A model generated the notes under the pieces. It was given only the letters and a program-made list of their open reading frames with translations. It had not been told where the DNA came from and ran no database searches. A DNA stretch of 64,000 nt from a virus: the IMG/VR virus record IMGVR_UViG_2843255297_000002, positions 2,560 to 66,559 of that record; one strand, 5' to 3'. A program made the position numbers and the translations under genes. How positions within the stretch are numbered: the stretch's first letter is position 1; each line of letters starts with the position of its first letter. Below, one piece after another: positions 57,849-64,000 of this stretch.

Positions 57849-58522
57849 CTCTACCATTGAACCGCATACAGCTTTTACAAAGACGAGCTTGGAAAGGTGT
57901 TTCCAAACAAGAGCATGACAACAACAGAGACCTAGCTCTCATTAGCGCTTACTTGAATGGCAACGAGGAGGCAGGAATGCAACTAGTGGAGAGCTACCTC
58001 GATGTTTTCTCCTACATTTTACGCAACCCTACTAAGCCCCCTCACCGAGGAAGAATGGTCAAGGGCAAACTAAACCTCAACTACCAAGATTATGAAGATA
58101 TGTTTCAAGAGCTACTTTACCAGTTTTTTAAGCTCATAGAGGAGTTTGACCCTTCATATGGCAAACCTTTTGAGCATTTCATTCGAGCTACCCTCCACCA
58201 GCGTTTTTACAACCGTTACTTTGCTGACCTTCTTGAAGATAAAAGCAAAGTTATTGGCTCCCCTTTTGACGAAGCCCTCTCAAATTCCTACGAGCAAAAC
58301 ATACTCCTCGAGGAAGAAAACAACACCTCAACCAAGCACATTAGACTCTACCAAGCCTTTAATAAACTAACAAAGGTACAGCGCCAGATACTTACCCTCT
58401 CAGTGTTAAAAGGATACAGCCACAGGGAGATTGCTAACGAGCTGGGTTGTAGTGTGAACTTTGTGAAGGTCAATAAGCACAGAGCCCTCGAGAAGTTAAG
58501 AAACTTATTAGGAGGAGAATAG
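57845..58522 (+). CDS. Sigma-70 family RNA polymerase sigma factor
   Basis: EDMFQE..EEFDPSYG..F (region 2); KLT..QRQIL..GYSHREIANELG (region 4). Confidence 0.85.
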   Translation: MTLPLNRIQLLQRRAWKGVSKQEHDNNRDLALISAYLNGNEEAGMQLVESYLDVFSYILRNPTKPPHRGRMVKGKLNLNYQDYEDMFQELLYQFFKLIEEFDPSYGKPFEHFIRATLHQRFYNRYFADLLEDKSKVIGSPFDEALSNSYEQNILLEEENNTSTKHIRLYQAFNKLTKVQRQILTLSVLKGYSHREIANELGCSVNFVKVNKHRALEKLRNLLGGE

Positions 58523-58524
58523 CC

Positions 58525-58830
58525 ATGGTCAATTGCTGGGGTTGTCGGTTTGCTCTGGAAGCTCGAGGAAATAAAGTCCGTTGCGCCAAGGCTGAGCAAC
58601 TATTTGGAGGTGAGCGTTGGGTAAAAGCCCTCGAGGAGGCTCGTTGTGGTGTATATGAGCCTTTCGTTGGAGACAACTCAAGAGCCCCAGACAAAGAACG
58701 AAAGAAAAAGGTAAAAGCCACATGTCCAGTGTGCAAAGGTCACAGACTTATTGAGGTTGTCTTTCTTGATGACATAGCATATATGACCTGTTACAGGTGC
58801 AAAGGAAGGGGGAAAATTGATTTACCATGA
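58525..58830 (+). CDS. Cys-rich zinc-finger protein
   Basis: CWGC, CPVCKG, CYRCKGRG. Confidence 0.6.
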   Translation: MVNCWGCRFALEARGNKVRCAKAEQLFGGERWVKALEEARCGVYEPFVGDNSRAPDKERKKKVKATCPVCKGHRLIEVVFLDDIAYMTCYRCKGRGKIDLP

Positions 58831-58927
58831 TGAACTTTATTCAAGTTATTGTCCTTGCGATTTGTATATATAACCTCCCAGAGGTGTTTAAAGACTTTTT
58901 GAGAGCTCTAAAGGGGGAAAAACGATA

Positions 58928-59119
58928 ATGGAAACTATTTTGGTTATTCTTACTCTACTTTCTTTGTGGTATGTCGGTCTTACGCTTATTGGAGGTCTGA
59001 TATTCCTCAAGGAGGGAAAATTGAAAACGAGTGAGCTTCCAGCTCTTGTGGTATTTTGCTACTTGTTCATTTTGCTCTTTGCATTACTTCTCAGAGGATT
59101 TGTTCAAATTTATTCTTGA
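58928..59119 (+). CDS. Small membrane protein
   Basis: Two hydrophobic helices; AGGGGG SD. Confidence 0.6.
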   Translation: METILVILTLLSLWYVGLTLIGGLIFLKEGKLKTSELPALVVFCYLFILLFALLLRGFVQIYS

Positions 59120-59144
59120 CACCTTGGTATTACTGTAGTAATAT
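59116..59144 (+). promoter_or_regulatory. SigA-type promoter with operator upstream of the nucleotide-metabolism operon
   Basis: TTGACA-17bp-TAATAT with GTATTACTGTAGTAATAT. Confidence 0.75.
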
Positions 59145-59237
59145 ATAGGTGTGACCTCCTCCAGAGTGGCTGGTTATGACGTTGCTCTAACTAGTCACTC
59201 TCAAACATCATTATAACATTAAGGAGGTTGATAACTT

Positions 59238-59549
59238 ATGGTGGAATGTCCTTGCCCTCGTTGTAATGGAAAACTCCATGAAGAACCTCAAAAAAGCCTT
59301 CCAAGCTATGTCATTAATGCAGTCGAACTCGCCAAAGAGAAAATGAGCGTTGCTGAGCGTATTGCCATGGTCTCCGATGAGTTGCAAGACCGAGGAAACT
59401 TTGGAAGATACGTCAACGAACTCAATAGCATTTATGAAGTCATTGACGAGATTGACAGCAAGATTACACAGCTCCAGAAAAAAGCATATGAGCTCAAAGC
59501 TGACGAGTTAGCCATTGAGCTTGGTGAGATTAGTAAAAAACTTTTCTAG
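59238..59549 (+). CDS. Hypothetical protein
   Basis: AAGGAGG SD. Confidence 0.7.
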   Translation: MVECPCPRCNGKLHEEPQKSLPSYVINAVELAKEKMSVAERIAMVSDELQDRGNFGRYVNELNSIYEVIDEIDSKITQLQKKAYELKADELAIELGEISKKLF

Positions 59550-59564
59550 GAGGAGGACGATAAA

Positions 59565-60335
59565 ATGGCTAACATTAACGGAAAACAAGTTGAGACTCCA
59601 ATTATTAAAGTGCTTGATAAAGGATATATTCGCTTAGAGGCTATTACTGGACGTGACCTCACAACAGTAAACTCAGCTCGTGTGTCTTATGACAAAAAGA
59701 GCTATGAGTTCTCTGAGCGAGATAAAAAACTCATTCGCTTCCTTGCAAAACACGGTCATACTTCTCCTTTCCGTCACGCTTTTGTGACCTTTGAGGTATA
59801 TGCTCCTCTAATGGTTGCTCGCCAGTGGTGGAAATACATTGTAGGAAGCGACCACTCTGGTGATGACCTCTTTAGAGACCCATTCACAGCTTGGAACGAA
59901 AGCTCGAGACGTTATGTAACTGAAATTCCACAGTTTTATATAGTTCAACCTCATGAGTGGAGAAGTGCTCCAGAGAATAAAAAGCAAGGCTCTGGCGAGC
60001 CAGTAGACACTAAGCTAGGTCAACAGCTAACAGAGCAATTAATTAACTATGTCAAACTGGGTGAGGACTTATACGAGCAAGCATTACACAATGGAGTTTG
60101 CGCTGAGCAAGCTCGCTTATTCCTCCCTGCTTACGGTCTCTATGTTCGCTGGTATTGGTCAGCGTCACTCCAAGGGGTTGCTCATATGCTTAACCAACGA
60201 CTAGCTCATGACGCTCAAAAAGAGTTTCAAATGTACGCTCGAGCTGTTTATGACCTTATTATTGAACACTTCCCAGTTTCCATTAACGAGTTGGTGAAAA
60301 TGGCTGACAAAGCTGAAAAGGAGGGCGAACAATGA
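59565..60335 (+). CDS. thyX: FAD-dependent thymidylate synthase
   Basis: ARVSY, GHTSPF.H, VARQW, NESSRRY, EQAR..LP, AQ.E. Confidence 0.93.
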   Translation: MANINGKQVETPIIKVLDKGYIRLEAITGRDLTTVNSARVSYDKKSYEFSERDKKLIRFLAKHGHTSPFRHAFVTFEVYAPLMVARQWWKYIVGSDHSGDDLFRDPFTAWNESSRRYVTEIPQFYIVQPHEWRSAPENKKQGSGEPVDTKLGQQLTEQLINYVKLGEDLYEQALHNGVCAEQARLFLPAYGLYVRWYWSASLQGVAHMLNQRLAHDAQKEFQMYARAVYDLIIEHFPVSINELVKMADKAEKEGEQ

Positions 60336-60425
60336 AGAATAAAAAAGCTCGCTACAACAACCAACCTCGAAAAATGGCACACACAAACTGGCTCGGTGTG
60401 AAAATTCCAGAGAAACGGAAAGGAG

Positions 60426-61037
60426 TTGGCAAGGTTGCTAAGTTTAAGCGAGTTTTTTAAGCCCCTTCCTAATATTGCCCTCACAGCTAAAATGAGAGCT
60501 GGAAAAGACGAGGTTTACAAAATTATTGAGTCGATGGGCTTTGACGTTGAGCGAGTCGCTTTTGGCGACTTCATGAAGAAACACTTTTTCGAGACCTTTC
60601 CAAACATACCGAAAGAGCCAAAGCCAATAGGACTCCTCCAAAAATACGGTCAAAGCATGAGAGCTATTTACAACAACGTCTGGGTTGGCAAAGCTATGGC
60701 ATATATAGAGAAACGCTCCAAGGAGCTCTCCCGAGCTGGTTTGAGAGTCCCTACTTTCATTGTAACAGACGTGAGACAACCTAACGAGTATGAAGCTGTT
60801 AGAAATGCTGGCTTTGTTGTTGTCCGTATTGAGGCTCCCGAGGAGTTCAGAGTCCAGAGAATGCTCGCTCTGGGAGAGACCGTCTCGCAGGAAATTCTCA
60901 ACGCTGAGACAGAGCAACACATTGACACTTTCGTGGTTGACTATGTGATTCACAACGATGGCTCTTTAGATGACCTCAAGCGGGAAGTCATTTCTCTGAT
61001 TTATAAAATTCAACAAGAAAAGGGGTTGAGCAAATGA
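60426..61037 (+). CDS. Deoxynucleoside monophosphate kinase
   Basis: AKMRAGKD P-loop variant, AFGD..K, LQKYG..R, VTDVRQPNE, I.NDG. Confidence 0.82.
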   Translation: MARLLSLSEFFKPLPNIALTAKMRAGKDEVYKIIESMGFDVERVAFGDFMKKHFFETFPNIPKEPKPIGLLQKYGQSMRAIYNNVWVGKAMAYIEKRSKELSRAGLRVPTFIVTDVRQPNEYEAVRNAGFVVVRIEAPEEFRVQRMLALGETVSQEILNAETEQHIDTFVVDYVIHNDGSLDDLKREVISLIYKIQQEKGLSK

Positions 61038-61660
61038 AAATTGTTGTGTTTGACTTTGAAACGACTGGATTGAACCCTCAAAACGATTACCCTATTGAGC
61101 TGGCTCTCCTTATTACCGACTTTAAAGACACACATAAAGAATATTCCTCGAAAATTAAGCTCCCTCGAGGTGTGAAACTACCTCCTTTCATTACAAACCT
61201 TACAGGATTGACCGAGGAAGATTTACAACAAAAAGGAAAAGACCTCGAGGAGGTCAAACAAGACATTCTCTCGCTCATTGACATTGAAAAAGACCTCTTT
61301 GTGGCGCACAACGCTAATTTTGACCTTGGCTTTCTCTACCACCACTTTGGTATTGCCCCTAAGCGCTTTGTTTGCACAAGAACGATTGAGTTTTTAACAA
61401 ACCCTCACGAAAATTGTTCGTTAAAAAACACTTACGCTCGATACTATGGCGAGAAAGAACAAACGCACAGAGCCCTCGATGATGTGAAAATGACCCTTGA
61501 AGTGCTAAAGTCACATTTCGAGCACCATGGGGAATATGCTATGGTATTCTTTGTTAATAAGATTGTGCAAACTCCAGAGCGCAACTTGGTTTTTGTCCCA
61601 GAGAACGCAACTGTCTTGGACTTTACTAAGAAGTTCGCTCTCAAGGAGGAAAAACAATGA
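61034..61660 (+). CDS. DEDDh 3'-5' exonuclease (DnaQ-like)
   Basis: VFDFETTGL, VAHNANFD, HRALDD. Confidence 0.92.
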   Translation: MKIVVFDFETTGLNPQNDYPIELALLITDFKDTHKEYSSKIKLPRGVKLPPFITNLTGLTEEDLQQKGKDLEEVKQDILSLIDIEKDLFVAHNANFDLGFLYHHFGIAPKRFVCTRTIEFLTNPHENCSLKNTYARYYGEKEQTHRALDDVKMTLEVLKSHFEHHGEYAMVFFVNKIVQTPERNLVFVPENATVLDFTKKFALKEEKQ

Positions 61661-62079
61661 GAATGAGCTTTGACGAGTATTTCTTGAGAATGGCTCTCCT
61701 CGCCTCTGAGAGAGCCACTTGTCAACGCCTCAAAGTCGGAGCTGTCATTGTCAAAAACAAAAACGTCCTAGCGACTGGTTACAATGGCTCAGCCAGCGGA
61801 GAAGTGCATTGTATTGACGAAGGCTGTCTCATGAGGGACGGTCACTGTATTAGAACCATACACGCTGAGCAAAACGCTCTCCTCCAGTGTGCTAAGCATG
61901 GAGTCAACGTAAATGGAGCCAGCATATATGTTACTCACTTTCCTTGTTTGCATTGTACGAAAAGCCTTGTGACCGTTGGCATTCGTGAGATTGTCTACCT
62001 CAACGATTACAGAAACGATGAGTATGCTCTCTACCTCATTGAACGGTCTGGAATAAAACTAAGAAAGGTGGCAATATAA
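61657..62079 (+). CDS. dCMP deaminase (ComEB-like)
   Basis: TGYNG, HAEQNA, PCLHC. Confidence 0.93.
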   Translation: MRMSFDEYFLRMALLASERATCQRLKVGAVIVKNKNVLATGYNGSASGEVHCIDEGCLMRDGHCIRTIHAEQNALLQCAKHGVNVNGASIYVTHFPCLHCTKSLVTVGIREIVYLNDYRNDEYALYLIERSGIKLRKVAI

Positions 62080-62405
62080 TGGACAGCGTACAATATAGAA
62101 AAGCTATTGAGAGAACGATGAACCATTCCCTCTCCGAGAAAGAAAAACTCGCTATGCTGGCTATGGGTATAGCTGGAGAAGCTGGCGAGATTGTTGACAC
62201 CCTCAAAAAGGTTATTTTCCATGGACACGAGCTCGACAGAGACGAGCTTATAAAAGAGCTTGGAGACCTTGAGTGGTACTTGCAACATTTGAAAAAGCAT
62301 TATAATATTTCAGATGAGGTAGTATTTATTTCTAACATAATGAAACTCAATAAGCGTTACCCAAACGGATTCAGCAAGAAAGACAGTATAAATAGAAAAG
62401 CATAA
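62079..62405 (+). CDS. MazG-like nucleotide pyrophosphohydrolase
   Basis: GIAGEAGE..KK..ELGD..WY..NI.KL.KRYP.GF. Confidence 0.9.
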   Translation: MDSVQYRKAIERTMNHSLSEKEKLAMLAMGIAGEAGEIVDTLKKVIFHGHELDRDELIKELGDLEWYLQHLKKHYNISDEVVFISNIMKLNKRYPNGFSKKDSINRKA

Positions 62406-62428
62406 CATTTCAAAGGGAGGACTCAAAA

Positions 62429-62788
62429 GTGAAAAAGATTGAAAAGCTAAAACTGAAAGCTCAAGAACACCTCGACAATGACGAGAAAGTAATTGCCACT
62501 GTCATGGGAGTTTATGAGAGCACAACTCTTGGAGAAAAAGCAATAAGAAATGGCATATTCTTGGCAACAAACAAGCGTATTGTGTTTTATGCAAAGCGTA
62601 CTTTTGGTTATGACCTCGAGACTTTCCCTTACTCAAATATTAGCTCCATAGAAGTCTCCAAAAAATTCCTTGGACATACAATTACCTTCTATGCTTCTGG
62701 TAACAAGGTCTCCATGAAGTGGATTCAGCAAGGAGATATTGACACATTTTTAAAACACACAAGAAATGCTATTCAAAAGGTTGTTTAA
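62429..62788 (+). CDS. Bacterial PH-domain protein
   Basis: GIFLATNKRIVF..FPYSNISSIE; terminator at 62793-62826. Confidence 0.75.
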   Translation: MKKIEKLKLKAQEHLDNDEKVIATVMGVYESTTLGEKAIRNGIFLATNKRIVFYAKRTFGYDLETFPYSNISSIEVSKKFLGHTITFYASGNKVSMKWIQQGDIDTFLKHTRNAIQKVV

Positions 62789-62833
62789 GTGTGAGCTGGC
62801 TCGCATGAGTCAGCTTTTTTATTTTTCTCGAAA

Positions 62834-62970
62834 GTGAGCGCATAGCAGGGAGAGCTACTTTTTTCCCCGAGGTGTGAGCGCAGTGCAGGAGTGAGCTACT
62901 TTTGGAATTTTAACTTTTGGCTGTTTCCTTGCACAGAGCTACTTGACAAATTCCACTGAGCGCAGTACAG
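62834..62970. repeat. Candidate integrase arm-type sites
   Basis: GTGAGCGCA..GCAGG..GAGCTACTTTT twice (62834, 62874), GCACAGAGCTAC at 62931; similar GCACAGAGCTC/ACAGAGCTAC at 17707-17731. Confidence 0.6.
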
Positions 62971-62971
62971 T
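62943..62971 (+). promoter_or_regulatory. Phage-borne promoter for the reconstituted tRNA
   Basis: TTGACA-17bp-TACAGT, 60 bp upstream of the tRNA. Confidence 0.55.
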
Positions 62972-63030
62972 AAATAGTGTGAAAATTCCCTGCTATGAGG
63001 TCAATAAGGCTCAAACCCTTGATATACCTT

Positions 63031-63103
63031 GGGGCATTAGCTCAGTTGGGAGAGCGTCGTGCTGGCAGCGCGAAGGTCACCGGTTCGAGCCCGGTATGCT
63101 CCA
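63031..63103 (+). tRNA. tRNA-Ala(GGC) containing the attR core (63047-63068)
   Basis: GGGGCAT/ATGCTCC stem with G3:U70, CTGGCAG anticodon loop, GGTTCGAGCC T arm; terminator at 63111-63141. Confidence 0.95.
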
Positions 63104-63334
63104 TTTGCCCAACCCTTGCCGTGCAAGGGTTTTTTATTTTTGTTTCGGGAGATGGCGATGAGCCATCCCCCTGTGAACAAATTCCCAAAAGAAGCCTCCC
63201 ACCATCTAAACGTGAAGGGGCGCCAGCACCAGTGAACGACCTGACTGAACCTCAAATCGTGGGGCACACAAGAAATCGCTCGGTTCACGTCCCGTCATGA
63301 GATGAGACTCCTCGGACTCTTACGCCCTTCGGCT

Positions 63335-64000
63335 TCATCCGTCCGGGTTGGTTTTGTATTTTTTCAGACGTTCCTCCAACTCACGGCGCGCCTGCTCGAT
63401 GTCAAAGTCGTCGTCTTCCGGCTGGCTGTAATCCATCTTCAGCCAATCCGGCACGATCTCGGTGCGGATCGGTTTCCGCATCGTTCTGCCGCCATCGGAT
63501 GAAGGCGGGGCGGATCGTTGCTTCATCCGCTCTTTTCGAAACGCCAACCGCGCGGCGCGCACTTCGTCCACGGTGCGATACCCTTTTTCCGTCCAGTCGC
63601 GCAAAATCGTTTCCACGTACACCCACCGTTTGGCGCCGTTTTCCACCGCGATTTTCAATGCTTCCAACACCAATTCCTCGGACGCATCGTCCACCCATGC
63701 ATTGATCTTTTCCCGCAAATAATCGCCGATCACGCCAAACCCGTTTTCCTCACAGAAGCGAACGATCTCCTTGTATGTGCGCACGCGCGCGTCTTCTTCG
63801 TCTTCTCTTTTGATCTCTGATGTCATCTCTGTTGTCGTCTCTGGTATTGGTCTTGTCAAATTGAGCACCTCGACCGCCCAGTTTGACCAGCTGGATGGTT
63901 CATTTTGTGCAAATGGACGGACTGTTTCGCCCATCGTCTGCTCATTTTGGCCGATCGAAACGCCATCGTAAACGGCCGAAATCTGATCTTGTTGAATCGT
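63335..64000 (-). CDS. DnaD-domain protein, 3' part (probably starts beyond the window)
   Basis: ELVLEALKIAVENGAKRWVYVETILRDW.EKG DnaD signature; GC-rich flank; frame appears open upstream of ATG 63934. Confidence 0.8.
   Translation of the reverse strand, partial: TIQQDQISAVYDGVSIGQNEQTMGETVRPFAQNEPSSWSNWAVEVLNLTRPIPETTTEMTSEIKREDEEDARVRTYKEIVRFCEENGFGVIGDYLREKINAWVDDASEELVLEALKIAVENGAKRWVYVETILRDWTEKGYRTVDEVRAARLAFRKERMKQRSAPPSSDGGRTMRKPIRTEIVPDWLKMDYSQPEDDDFDIEQARRELEERLKKYKTNPDG

Larger units (their letters stand above)
17625..63068 (+). mobile_element. Prophage, ~45.4 kb, siphovirus-like, integrated in tRNA-Ala(GGC)
   Basis: att direct repeats, tyrosine integrase, terminase/portal/capsid/tail tube/tape measure/lysis and replication genes; no sheath gene seen. 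Confidence 0.95.

Noticed and set aside
62943..63502. Small ORFs overlapping attR/tRNA
   Set aside because: They overlap the tRNA, its terminator and the DnaD-domain gene; no coding signals

Overview
The window has three compositionally distinct blocks, probably from a thermophilic Bacillaceae (Geobacillus-like) chromosome; the host assignment is inference. (1) 1-17624 is the right end of an AT-rich integrated element (ICE- or plasmid-like) with essentially all genes on the minus strand. It carries HNH, resolvase-like, AbrB, Dam-like methylase, a 1720-aa surface protein, a stalk/transglutaminase-like protein, an LRAT-family protein, several phased repeat arrays and its own complete tRNA-Ala(GGC). 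(2) 17625-63068 is an apparently complete 45.4-kb siphovirus-type prophage, all genes on the + strand, bounded by a perfect 22-bp direct repeat from the middle of tRNA-Ala(GGC). Gene order is integrase, RHH-like regulator, Ser/Thr kinase, early genes, packaging, head, tail, lysis, then a large replication/nucleotide module (SSB, DnaB, primase, class II RNR, DnaE, sigma factor, ThyX, dNMP kinase, DnaQ, dCMP deaminase, MazG). (3) 63031-64000 holds the reconstituted tRNA-Ala and a GC-richer flank with a DnaD-domain gene. The strongest signal is the end of the portal gene: it stops in a GGGAAAG slippery site with an upstream SD-like sequence and a downstream 14-bp stem, and the -1 frame runs without a good start codon into a MuF protein carrying an HExxH metallopeptidase domain, followed by a small candidate immunity gene. 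This predicts a frameshift-made portal-MuF-toxin fusion. Other notable signals: roughly 10-fold over-representation of CTCGAG with no GATC seen in the phage, a genome-wide operator network with no cI-type repressor, a replacement tRNA that no longer matches the att core, and a polyprotein-like surface protein. All counts are by eye and no database searches were run.
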